From positions 32,001 to 96,000 of the IMG/VR virus record IMGVR_UViG_3300030330_004210: a stretch of DNA of 64,000 nucleotides; one strand, given 5' to 3'. Below, piece after piece: positions 28,323-37,400 of the stretch; the first letter of the stretch is position 1, and every line of letters starts with the position of its first letter. The stretch comes from a virus. Its lineage: Duplodnaviria; Caudoviricetes. The notes beneath the pieces were generated by a model. The model was not told where the DNA came from and searched no databases. It saw only the letters and a list, made by a program, of their open reading frames with translations. The position numbers were made by a program, and so were the translations under genes.

Positions 28323-29906
28323 TCACCCCTTTAAAAGCCATGAATATTGTTGATACTCACTCATCTGTTTTGCCGCCTTTTGTTCGTAATCCCGATCATA
28401 TCCTTTTTGTCCGGGTATTTGTGTGCTCATCTTGGTTGTGGACATTATCATGGAATCTAAAAAAGCCTTTTGATAGTTCATTTTTCTCTGGTTAATTGTT
28501 AGGGCAGTGTCCCTTACCCAACAGCCTATTGCCAAAGACATAACTAGGTCGTCGTGGTATGTTCTCATTGCTTGTGGTTTGCCGTTGTTCCATATAAAAG
28601 TTGTAAGTTCGTTATGTAGGCGACTAGAATACACATTAATTAGTTTATTTCTGATGAATTCCTCCAACTTTGCAACAATTAAAGGTCGCGTTTTAGATGA
28701 GGTGGTAAACCCAGCAATAACATTCTTCATGCCATCAGCGACACCAGACTCAACATAATCGTGAGTGCCCTTCACAGAATAATACAAATTTGGATATTGC
28801 AAATCTTCAAGCTTTTCACATACAGAAATACCAATGCCTACATTTTCTACAACCATAAGTGCGCCTCCGTATTCGCACCCCACTTGGTTGAGTATATTAG
28901 CATACATATCCAAGCTTGGCTTTCCTTGGTATTCAGCAACAATTTCCATTGTCTCTAGTTTAAATGTCTGGAAAACAGAGAAGTCTGCTCCGTCACCGCG
29001 AGCCACATCAGCAACAACCATATATGTGTTGTCTTCTCGATACTCTTCCCATATCCAATAATTTCTGTCAAAGCCGGTTCTGTGTTTTGGCTCTCGTATA
29101 TTACTTCTTATTAACTCTAGATCGTCAGAGTGAATTACTGTTTCTCCAGACGTATTAAAGTTACACTCTAGCTCTTGAGCAATTTGCCGACGAGACATGT
29201 TTTTGGTCTCTTTCTCAAACCATGCCTGATCTCTCTCTGGGTGGACATCCCACGGCAAATTAATTGGCTTAAAGTCGTTATCTTCCAGTTCTGCTTCAGT
29301 GTAAGTTTTGTGAAACCAGTTACCTACACCATTAGGGGTAGATAAGGCAATACAGCGACCACCCGTAGAAAGCGTAGGATACAAGCCTGTCCACAGTTCT
29401 TCAAGACCCTCAACGTGTGCTGCCTCATCAATAACAAGAAGCGACAAAGCCTCTGAACGACCTGCGTCGCCAGAGGTAGATGTTGCCTTTATTTGTGACC
29501 CGTTAGACAATTCAAAGCTTGTCCTATTGTCTACAGATATCTCTGTGATGCGAATCCAAGGTGGCAAGTTTCTCATGATTGCCTTAACCTTTTTGACCAA
29601 GTTTGCTGCCGTGCTGAACTTAGTAGCCATTACAAGGATGTTCTTGTCCTTGTGAAATAGCATCATCCAAACAACATAAGCCGCAACAATTGTTGAAATA
29701 CCTAGCTGCCTAGCTTTTAGTATAACTGTGAAACGATGATCGTTGAAATCTTTTAATAAATCATCCTGATAATCAAAAGTCTTAAAGGGAATCGAGCCCT
29801 TAAGTGGGTGAGATATCTTGCAATAATTATTAATGAAGTAGCTCGGGTCTTTGCCCGACTTAAATATCTCTTTGACTATCTCTTTCTTTGATAACTCATG
29901 AACCAT
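28323..29906 (-). CDS. terL: Terminase large subunit (gp17-like)
   Basis: LKARQLGIST (Walker A region), LLVIDEAAH (Walker B), STPNG, QELEC, VADVARG.G.DFS, HDDLVMS. Confidence 0.97.
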   Translation of the reverse strand: MVHELSKKEIVKEIFKSGKDPSYFINNYCKISHPLKGSIPFKTFDYQDDLLKDFNDHRFTVILKARQLGISTIVAAYVVWMMLFHKDKNILVMATKFSTAANLVKKVKAIMRNLPPWIRITEISVDNRTSFELSNGSQIKATSTSGDAGRSEALSLLVIDEAAHVEGLEELWTGLYPTLSTGGRCIALSTPNGVGNWFHKTYTEAELEDNDFKPINLPWDVHPERDQAWFEKETKNMSRRQIAQELECNFNTSGETVIHSDDLELIRSNIREPKHRTGFDRNYWIWEEYREDNTYMVVADVARGDGADFSVFQTFKLETMEIVAEYQGKPSLDMYANILNQVGCEYGGALMVVENVGIGISVCEKLEDLQYPNLYYSVKGTHDYVESGVADGMKNVIAGFTTSSKTRPLIVAKLEEFIRNKLINVYSSRLHNELTTFIWNNGKPQAMRTYHDDLVMSLAIGCWVRDTALTINQRKMNYQKAFLDSMIMSTTKMSTQIPGQKGYDRDYEQKAAKQMSEYQQYSWLLKG

Positions 29907-30444
29907 TGTTCACTTTGCGCGAGTCGTTCTCTGGTCGCTTGCCCTGAAACCCGCCCTGATCCAAAAACTTTTGAAATCCGTCTTGCAAGTCTCCCGAGCT
30001 AGGCTCTAAAATCTCTTTTACATCTGCCAAGCCTGCGATGACGTACTTCTTGTGAGCCTGAACAAAAGTTCGGACACGACTTGTATTTTGCACTATAGCC
30101 TTGATCTCACCATCTGCTTTCAGAGAAACGCTTTCCCCCGTTATCTTTCTGTATTGCTTTTTTAGGTAAGAAACAATATCTTCAATTGTCTGGTCAAGCT
30201 CCGACTCAAAACCGCCCTTGTAAACGTCCTTAAGTTTGATCTCAGCCTGATAATTAACAATCATATGTGGTCCACTGAACGTCACCTTGAAGCCATCCAA
30301 AGTTCGCGAATCATAAACAGGATGCCCCTCTTCTCTCTTTAGACCAATCTCAATCGGATTACCCTCATCGTCAAGAGCGCCGTCATAAGCATTTGCTGCT
30401 GCTTGTGCGAGACCTCTCACGATTTTTAACGATTCTGCTGACAT
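29896..30444 (-). CDS. Hypothetical protein (182 aa)
   Basis: ORF with SD AGGAG, overlapping the terminase start. Confidence 0.7.
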   Translation of the reverse strand: MSAESLKIVRGLAQAAANAYDGALDDEGNPIEIGLKREEGHPVYDSRTLDGFKVTFSGPHMIVNYQAEIKLKDVYKGGFESELDQTIEDIVSYLKKQYRKITGESVSLKADGEIKAIVQNTSRVRTFVQAHKKYVIAGLADVKEILEPSSGDLQDGFQKFLDQGGFQGKRPENDSRKVNNGS

Positions 30445-30836
30445 TTAGTTTTCTCCTTCGTGGGTCTCCACCCAGTCTCCCACCGCTCTTCTCTATCTTC
30501 GACCCAACGAACGTAGCAACTTTTACAACATTCGAATTTGGTCATGTACACATCATCTTGTATACTAAAAGAATAAGAATCACATACTGGGCATTTTCTA
30601 TTATGTTCTCTAGTAAGTAGTTTTTTATTAACAAAAACGCCATCGACTTCTATCTTCTCATGCTTTTCCTGAAATCGGTCTTCTTTTTCTAGCATTTTTT
30701 GGAGTTGCTTTTTGTATTCTTCTTCTTTTTCGTCATCCCAGTTAGCACGGGGATTCTGTATCGCATCATAGCCATACTTCTTGGAGATTGCTTTTTCAAC
30801 CCTAGCAACATAATTTGGGTCTTTGTATTTTTTCAT
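30426..30836 (-). CDS. Hypothetical Zn-finger protein
   Basis: CPVC...CCKSC and a WETGWRP C-terminal motif. Confidence 0.65.
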   Translation of the reverse strand: MKKYKDPNYVARVEKAISKKYGYDAIQNPRANWDDEKEEEYKKQLQKMLEKEDRFQEKHEKIEVDGVFVNKKLLTREHNRKCPVCDSYSFSIQDDVYMTKFECCKSCYVRWVEDREERWETGWRPTKEKTKCQQNR

Positions 30837-31270
30837 TTTCCTATAGCCTGATCAATTGCATAAGCGGAGCCAATACCTATCGCGATACCGGCAGCGACAC
30901 TTCCAACAATAATTGCGGGAATGTTCTTTTTTCTATCTTTTTTAATGATAGCTCTGAGTTCCTCCAATTCGTTATTTTTTGCTGCCAGTTGCTCATCAAA
31001 ACGAATCTGGCTCTCTTCCAATGAAATCTGTATATTGCTAATGTTTAGTTGGCATGTCTCTTTCCATTTTGCCTGCTCAAACTCTAAGCGCTTTTGAAAC
31101 TCAATTTGTGTAAACTGCTTCCAAGTTAGAATCTCAGCCGTAGCAATATCATTAAAACATGTCGCTTCAAATGGAACAGTGCCGCCTCTCGGCACGAGTG
31201 TAAACTGTGGCGTGTCTTGCGCCATAGCTGGCAGACTTAAGCCAAGAAGAAGCAAGGCTCTACTCAACAT
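30833..31270 (-). CDS. Exported coiled-coil protein with C-terminal membrane anchor (spanin-like)
   Basis: Likely start MLSRALLLLGLSLPAMA-QD (SPase I-type site), coiled coil, C-terminal TM IPAIIVGSVAAGIAIGIGSAYAI. Confidence 0.5.
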   Translation of the reverse strand: MLSRALLLLGLSLPAMAQDTPQFTLVPRGGTVPFEATCFNDIATAEILTWKQFTQIEFQKRLEFEQAKWKETCQLNISNIQISLEESQIRFDEQLAAKNNELEELRAIIKKDRKKNIPAIIVGSVAAGIAIGIGSAYAIDQAIGK

Positions 31271-31631
31271 ACTCAAACCCAAAAGCATTTTCTATTTCTT
31301 CAACTAGAGCATCAGGATTACTGTGTCTAATTTCTGTTAGTTCGGCTACTCTCGTTGCCTTTTGCTCTTCGACGCTTTCTCGAAACTCTAAATACTCTTT
31401 TTGGATCTCGTCCATTTTTGCTTGGTATTCATGAAGAGCCTGCTCTTTTCTCTCAAGTTCCCTTTGGTGGCTTTCGTTTAAAGCTTCTAGCTGAGCTTCA
31501 TAGCTTATCACAGCACTGTCATATGCTTTTATCAGGGATCTATGATCTTGGGACCAAGCGACGGAGACACCAATCACCATTACGATGATCAGTGCCTCGC
31601 GCCAATACTTAGCAAAAAAACGTCGTATCAT
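31260..31631 (-). CDS. i-spanin-like protein
   Basis: N-terminal TM followed by a coiled coil; directly after the holin-like gene. Confidence 0.55.
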   Translation of the reverse strand: MIRRFFAKYWREALIIVMVIGVSVAWSQDHRSLIKAYDSAVISYEAQLEALNESHQRELERKEQALHEYQAKMDEIQKEYLEFRESVEEQKATRVAELTEIRHSNPDALVEEIENAFGFEYVE

Positions 31632-31822
31632 GCGCCCTTCAGCTTAACAACAGCGTCAATGACTGCTTGACCGCCAAGATACAGGGACGAGATAACAACC
31701 CAATCTCCGCTAGTAAGAAATCCTCCTGCTGCTAGTCCCGTGGCTGTTGCCCAGACTAAAAGCTTTCGCGATACTACCTTCTCTAAAGCCTTATCGACTG
31801 CTCCTTTAATTGCCATCTTCAT
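31628..31822 (-). CDS. Holin-like small membrane protein
   Basis: 64 aa, SRKLLVW motif, two hydrophobic segments, MKM possible dual start. Confidence 0.6.
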   Translation of the reverse strand: MKMAIKGAVDKALEKVVSRKLLVWATATGLAAGGFLTSGDWVVISSLYLGGQAVIDAVVKLKGA

Positions 31823-31835
31823 TTTACCTCCAATG

Positions 31836-32000
31836 TTAATTTTTCTTTTTATCTTTCTTTGGTTCTTCCGCTGGTTGCGGATTAGTAAGAGTCAGCACTG
31901 CATGATGAATCGCACTTGCCTCCTCCAAACTATACGCTCCTCGCTTTTGTGCTATCGCCACTGCATTGACGAGAGACTGCAAAGCTTGTTCTTGTGTCAT
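31836..32000 (-). CDS. 54-aa hypothetical protein (not in ORF track)
   Basis: MTQEQALQSLVNAVAIAQKRGAYSLEEASAIHHAVLTLTNPQPAEEPKKDKKKN; SD AAGGAG and an ACTAATTA motif upstream. Confidence 0.75.
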   Translation of the reverse strand: MTQEQALQSLVNAVAIAQKRGAYSLEEASAIHHAVLTLTNPQPAEEPKKDKKKN

Positions 32001-32022
32001 GTTCGCTCCTTACATAATTAGT

Positions 32023-35000
32023 CTACTGATGGATAAAAGCATATCCATCAATCTTGTCGATTGTTATCTGTGTATCCACGCAATCTTTTAGCGAGTCAAG
32101 GTGAGTAATTAGCAGCACCGTCTTAAAGTAGGACTTGACTACATCTAGGATTCTTACAAAACCTTCCATATTATCAGCATCAAGCGCAGTACCCGGCTCA
32201 TCAAGAATAAAAATGTCACCCTTTGGAAGGCTAGAGACAGATAGCAGCGCCAATCTGATAGCCATGGCAGCAATGGTCTTCTCCGCTCCAGAGCCCATTT
32301 CTAATGGTCTCGGATCATGGCTGGGGTGCTTAATAAAGATGTTTAGTCTCTTTCCATCATCTTCAAAGAAGATTTCAAAATCAACTATGTTTGCGAGGAC
32401 CTTAGCAACCTCTTCATTGATCGCCGGAAGCCTTTTTTTGATAACATCGTATGCAATGCCATTGTTGTGCATACACCGCATAAATAAATCATATGCTGAA
32501 TACTCCTGCCTTAGCTCTTCAAGCTCTGCTTGTAAACTAACAAGCGTGTTTAGTTTCTCTTCGTAAGATCCATGAACCTTATACAAATTCATAATCTTAC
32601 CCTGACATTCATCAAGCTGCCCCTGAAGCTTGCTTAGGGTAGCCTCTCTGCTCTTCTTCTCTTCCAGAAAACCTTCTAAATTCTCTATCGCCTCTTTATT
32701 ATCTTGATACTCTTCTTTCTGCGAATGCAAGGAACTAAGTTCTCTTTCAAGGTTTTCTATGTTGTTTTTGCCTTGCTCGATAAGTAGATTCAGCTTAAGG
32801 ATTCGCTCTGATAAATTTACTTTTCTTTGTACCAGTTCGTTGAACTTATCTATAGTCTCTTTTGCACCGTCTGGATCAAGTTTTTGAATGTCTTCGTTCA
32901 AGACACGCAAGTCTTCATCTTTTTCTGGCTTGTCCAAAAGTGCTTGCTCTGCCTCGTGCAGACACTTGCAGCCCTTCAAAAATCCGGGGTCATCTAAAGT
33001 AGATATCTTCTTTTCGATTAATTGCAGTTCTCTCTCTAGAGCCTTTATCTTGTGAGAGACTTCTGTCGCTTCTTCTTTTCTACTTCTAATTTCATCAATA
33101 TCAAAGCTGTCAAGGAAGCCAGCAATCTTATTTAGAACTCCTGTCTTTTCCTCTAGCTCTGACACCTGTGTCCGTAGAGAATCATTTGTATTTTCCAGTT
33201 CAGTGGTCTTGTTCTGTATGCTGGTCAAGACCTTTCTGATATCTACGAGATCAACCGGGGTAGAATCAATCTTGTGCTCGATCTCGGCTAGTTCCTTCCT
33301 AGCAGTCTTGATATCTCCCTTTAAGCTTTCGCACGTTGCCTGCTGCTCTTCTAGCTGACCTTCACTGTCGTCAAAGATCTTTTGAGCTTCTGATATTTCA
33401 TCGTTAAAGTCTCTGCCCTCTAGCCTTTTGATAGCGCCCTTAAGATCGGAAGCGTCATTCTTAGCAAACCTAAACTTCTTCTCAAAGATCTCAAGGTCTA
33501 GGAACTTAGCAAAGATTTCCTTTCTTTTAGTGGAGCCCTCCTTCAAGAACGAAAGTGCATCTAACTGCGAAGACATGGAGGAGAAAAGAAAGTCGTCAAG
33601 CGAACCAAATACCTTGCGAATATTCTTATCCGTTTCATTTCTAGTGAGCCCATTCATACTGGTAGTTTCATCTGTAATCTGATCATAGCAAGAAAAGTCA
33701 ATATTAGTTTTAGCCTCCACAGTTTCGTTTCCGTGAAGCTTCTTAATATACTTCTCCGACCTTCTATCAATTGTGTATACCTTGTCGCCTATCTTTACAC
33801 GGACTAGTCCACAGCCTTCTTCCTTGTTTTGGTTAATGATGTTAAGGTTCTTTCTCTCGTTCTTTGAGGTAGAGTTCCAAATCGTGTACAACATACTATC
33901 AATTACAGAGGACTTACCAGAATAGTTCTTTCCAAAGATTCCGACGATGCCTGTAAGCTTTGCAAAATCAATCTTATTTCCAGAACCGTAATTAAAAAGG
34001 TTATCCCAAGAGGCGTCCTGTAAACTCCAGTTGACATTCCTAGCTACTTCTTCGTGCTCCTCCGCTACCTTGTTATACTTCAGATTAAGCTCGTACACCT
34101 TCTGTAGTGTATCATCGGAGACTTCAAAATCTTTTAGGTACTCCGAGATTAATCTTTCCTGCACTGTGATGTCTCGAAGATTCTCTTGCTTTATCTCTTG
34201 TGCGAGCTTACTAACGTCGCCTCGCTGCCCTGCTGCCCGATTCAAGAAGGTGATCGCTTCGGGCTTGTAGCGATGCTTAGCAGCCTCCAGAGCACGACGC
34301 ATCTTAACAAGTGGCAAATTATTATTTGACACAATCCTCAATCGAGCGCCAAGAGGCACCTCGATATCATTAGGGATTTTGCCAGCTTTGGTTAGCTCAA
34401 TAGTTACAAACGGCTTGGGGTTTAGAAGCTTGACGTGCTTGCATGTAAACTCATCCTTACCTTGAATGTCCCAGATAAGATATCCCTTGTCATTAGATTC
34501 CCCATGATTTTGCTGAACTGTAGAGCCACAATATCTAACCCTACCCTCCATGTCGATAATCTGGTTTGTCTTGTGAATGTCCCCCAAGAAAGCAAAGTCG
34601 TGATTTCTAAAGATCTCCGGGGTGTGATCACCGTGCTCCATTACCCAGCCAGTATCCGTCTCTACGCCAGAGATTGATCCATGGTACAGCGCGATGTTTA
34701 CCTTATCGTCGTCTGACGGGGTGACCCAATTTTCTTCATCGAATACAGATAGCACATTCAAGCAAAAGCCGCCCTCAAGATCGACTTCGCCTGACTGCTT
34801 AAGGAGATGAAGGTTTGGTAGGTCAAGCGCTTCAGCGATTGGCGTCAGAGCATCTTGACGATTGCTGTTCTTTAGGTTGCCATCGTGGTTTCCTAAAATA
34901 ATATATGTTGGTGCGATGGACGCCAAGTTGCGAAAAAAGTCAGAACACAACTCAACAAACTCAGGAGAAATCTGTGTCTTTGTGTGAGCGATGTCGCCAC

Positions 35001-35124
35001 AGTGGACAATATAGTCAACTTGTTCATCTTTTAAAGTTTCGTATAACTTCTCAAATACTGCACGGTATTCTTTCTGATACTTCAGGTTTCGGATATGGGT
35101 ATCCGCGATATGAGCAAACTTCAA
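32023..35124 (-). CDS. Mre11-Rad50 (SbcD-SbcC / gp47-gp46) fusion nuclease-ATPase
   Basis: Phosphoesterase motifs DTH, GD, GNHD, HG, GDIH; Walker A GKNYSGKS; coiled coil; signature GSGAE; Walker B ILDEP; H-loop ITH, all in one ORF. Confidence 0.93.
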   Translation of the reverse strand: MKFAHIADTHIRNLKYQKEYRAVFEKLYETLKDEQVDYIVHCGDIAHTKTQISPEFVELCSDFFRNLASIAPTYIILGNHDGNLKNSNRQDALTPIAEALDLPNLHLLKQSGEVDLEGGFCLNVLSVFDEENWVTPSDDDKVNIALYHGSISGVETDTGWVMEHGDHTPEIFRNHDFAFLGDIHKTNQIIDMEGRVRYCGSTVQQNHGESNDKGYLIWDIQGKDEFTCKHVKLLNPKPFVTIELTKAGKIPNDIEVPLGARLRIVSNNNLPLVKMRRALEAAKHRYKPEAITFLNRAAGQRGDVSKLAQEIKQENLRDITVQERLISEYLKDFEVSDDTLQKVYELNLKYNKVAEEHEEVARNVNWSLQDASWDNLFNYGSGNKIDFAKLTGIVGIFGKNYSGKSSVIDSMLYTIWNSTSKNERKNLNIINQNKEEGCGLVRVKIGDKVYTIDRRSEKYIKKLHGNETVEAKTNIDFSCYDQITDETTSMNGLTRNETDKNIRKVFGSLDDFLFSSMSSQLDALSFLKEGSTKRKEIFAKFLDLEIFEKKFRFAKNDASDLKGAIKRLEGRDFNDEISEAQKIFDDSEGQLEEQQATCESLKGDIKTARKELAEIEHKIDSTPVDLVDIRKVLTSIQNKTTELENTNDSLRTQVSELEEKTGVLNKIAGFLDSFDIDEIRSRKEEATEVSHKIKALERELQLIEKKISTLDDPGFLKGCKCLHEAEQALLDKPEKDEDLRVLNEDIQKLDPDGAKETIDKFNELVQRKVNLSERILKLNLLIEQGKNNIENLERELSSLHSQKEEYQDNKEAIENLEGFLEEKKSREATLSKLQGQLDECQGKIMNLYKVHGSYEEKLNTLVSLQAELEELRQEYSAYDLFMRCMHNNGIAYDVIKKRLPAINEEVAKVLANIVDFEIFFEDDGKRLNIFIKHPSHDPRPLEMGSGAEKTIAAMAIRLALLSVSSLPKGDIFILDEPGTALDADNMEGFVRILDVVKSYFKTVLLITHLDSLKDCVDTQITIDKIDGYAFIHQ

Positions 35125-35149
35125 GTAAACCTCTCTTAGTTCTCTAATA

Positions 35150-35177
35150 AATGTAACACGTTATTTCAGATAGTCAA
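35150..35177 (-). promoter_or_regulatory. Sigma70-type promoter for the Mre11-Rad50 fusion
   Basis: TTGACT-16 nt-TACATT with a TG extended -10. Confidence 0.5.
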
Positions 35178-35190
35178 GTACAAACCTTAA

Positions 35191-36123
35191 CTAAATTGAT
35201 GCTAGCCTCTGCCACAAATGATTCTCTGAAGTCATAAAGACTGCGTTTGTCTTTCTCTCCTCATATTTAGAATCTGGCATTTCAGCTATGTCTTCGTATC
35301 CCGAAGTGTCGATCTTGGACACATCCACACCGTAAGACATGAGACTCTGAATTATTCTGTCTGCTTTATCGTTAGCGTCAGCGTCTAAAGCCAAGAACAC
35401 CTTAGCTCCGCTGGCAACAATGGCTCTAAATAACTTGCCTCCGTCTCGCAAGGTTGAGCCAAGAATAGGAATACCGTTACCAGCCTTGATGGCATCAAAT
35501 ACGCCCTCTACAATAATAATATCCTCATGCCAATCGACATAAAGGTCGTTAAAAACAATGTCCTTGCTCACGGGGGGATTCTTATATTTCTGCCAATCGT
35601 CTCCAATGGACCGAGCTACAAAGTAGTTTACAAAACCGTCCTTGTTAAAGGAGGGAACGATTACCCTGTTCTTGTATTCTCCTTCTGTGCAGTATCCGAT
35701 CTTCCACTTAATAATGTCCTCTTTGCTGACGCCCCTGCGAGATAGATAGCTCAAGAAAGGCTTGGCTGATCTTGGCAGATCCTTGTTAGCCAGAGAGCGA
35801 AACTCGGGCGGGAGCGATAGAATTGTCTCGGCATCTTCTTCAGCCTTCTCGCCAAACAAGTTTTCAAAACCACCAAGATCAACCTTCCCTACAATGTCTT
35901 GCCATTCACGAAAATGCGTTAGGGAGCCAAAGCGCCTGATGACTCTGCCAACATTTCTGCCTCGCTTGTCGCAGACCCAGCACTTATAGTAATTCTTCTC
36001 GATGTTTACAGAAAACTTGCGTTTGTGATGTCGGCAATACGGACATGTGAAAAGAAGCTCATCCCCACGCTCAAAAGCGTGCCCAAGAGTGTTCTTTAAG
36101 ATTCTAACCTTTTCACTTCGCAT
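35191..36123 (-). CDS. DNA primase (Zn-binding plus TOPRIM)
   Basis: CPYC...CWVC, RVIVP, VEGVFDA, LALDAD. Confidence 0.9.
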   Translation of the reverse strand: MRSEKVRILKNTLGHAFERGDELLFTCPYCRHHKRKFSVNIEKNYYKCWVCDKRGRNVGRVIRRFGSLTHFREWQDIVGKVDLGGFENLFGEKAEEDAETILSLPPEFRSLANKDLPRSAKPFLSYLSRRGVSKEDIIKWKIGYCTEGEYKNRVIVPSFNKDGFVNYFVARSIGDDWQKYKNPPVSKDIVFNDLYVDWHEDIIIVEGVFDAIKAGNGIPILGSTLRDGGKLFRAIVASGAKVFLALDADANDKADRIIQSLMSYGVDVSKIDTSGYEDIAEMPDSKYEERKTNAVFMTSENHLWQRLASI

Positions 36124-36629
36124 ATCGCCCCCGCTTTTGCAATCACAATTGAATCAGCCATGTCATAAGACTCTGGCTTTGGATTTCCATGACGTGTATA
36201 TTCTATCACGAAACCCGGCTGGTTGTCAAGTAAATATTTTAAGACAACAGGTTTTGCTTTTTCTCCTCTGGGGATTTTGATGCCACAGAGCTTTCGAGCA
36301 CTTGTCGCCGCGATGTATTCTGGCTTAATCTGAAATAAATCGTAAACAAGCCATGACACAATACCATTAAACCGAGACAAGCTTGATAGAGTTTTAGCAG
36401 ATGAGAAACCTGAACGGAACGTCTGGAGCGACTGTTCAATATAAACGTGTTTAATCTTTCCACCGTATTGGTTGTGTATCTCTGTAACACCTTTGCTTAC
36501 CGCCTCTGCTTTATCAAAAAAATCTTTATGTTTTCTAGTATCCCAAGCGCCGTATTCAATCACGTTGCCCTTAAAGTCAGCAACGGTCCAGCCCGTGATG
36601 CTCGTAGATATGTCCAATCCAAGGATCAC
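36096..36629 (-). CDS. RuvC-like Holliday junction resolvase
   Basis: ILGLDISTSITG, VYIEQ, DMADSIVIA acidic tetrad. Confidence 0.85.
   Translation of the reverse strand: MILGLDISTSITGWTVADFKGNVIEYGAWDTRKHKDFFDKAEAVSKGVTEIHNQYGGKIKHVYIEQSLQTFRSGFSSAKTLSSLSRFNGIVSWLVYDLFQIKPEYIAATSARKLCGIKIPRGEKAKPVVLKYLLDNQPGFVIEYTRHGNPKPESYDMADSIVIAKAGAICEVKRLES
36200..36229 (-). promoter_or_regulatory. Sigma70-type promoter inside the resolvase gene, ahead of primase
   Basis: TTGACA-18 nt-TAGAAT with a TG extended -10, about 75 nt before the primase start. Confidence 0.55.
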
Positions 36630-37399
36630 TACCGCCTCATCTGTTGCATTTGTCGCCGCATTTCTTGAGCTTTTTCAGCCCTCTCTGGGCTCCATTTGCC
36701 GACAAATTGCCCACTCTCCATATCGCCCTCATAGTCAACAGATAAGCCATGCATGGTGACGCTTCCATCTGAATCCGCTTTTACCAAACCCTGCTTGACT
36801 AGTTCCTTGGTTAGACCCATTTTGGCGTCGTTTCTAGCATATAGGTCTTCGGAACCCTGATCGGTGCTAACCCTAAACTCGTAGTCTCCTGTCTCGGCGT
36901 TTTGTTGAAAGCCTTCTAACGCAGCCTGTGCTGGCGTATCGTCTGCGTCTTTATCTTTCTTCTTGAGTAAGTCTTTGACGCCTTTTTCAATTTTGCCGTC
37001 TTTGCCAAACGTGTCCTTAAGACCCTTGTCTATCTTTCCGCCCTTGCCAAAAATATCTTTAACGGCTTTACCAACTGGCAACTTCATTGTTGCGGCTGCA
37101 TCGCTAGCATCCACTTGCTGGGCTGCAACAGGCAGATCTGGTGCGGTCATCTGATCAGCAGCCATTGCTATGCCCGGAGCAAGAGCGTTGGTTGCAATAG
37201 CGGCAACGAGCGCAGCAGTCACCACAGGTTTGCCAAACTTTTTAACAAGAGACTTCATACCAGATAATATATCCTCTTTTGTACCCTCTGTCAAGAGCCC
37301 ATTGTAACTTTCTAAAATATAAGCTAATGCTTCGTCGTACTGCTCGTCTACGGTGTTGTAGTCTCTCCAGTTTTCCATAATCAACTTCATATCGCTCAT
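36629..37399 (-). CDS. Putative internal head protein with an internal signal-like segment
   Basis: MSDMKLIMENW leader, ILE and LTE motifs, hydrophobic VVTAALVAAIATNALAPGIAMA, 14-aa tandem repeat. Confidence 0.55.
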   Translation of the reverse strand: MSDMKLIMENWRDYNTVDEQYDEALAYILESYNGLLTEGTKEDILSGMKSLVKKFGKPVVTAALVAAIATNALAPGIAMAADQMTAPDLPVAAQQVDASDAAATMKLPVGKAVKDIFGKGGKIDKGLKDTFGKDGKIEKGVKDLLKKKDKDADDTPAQAALEGFQQNAETGDYEFRVSTDQGSEDLYARNDAKMGLTKELVKQGLVKADSDGSVTMHGLSVDYEGDMESGQFVGKWSPERAEKAQEMRRQMQQMRR

Positions 37400-37400
37400 C

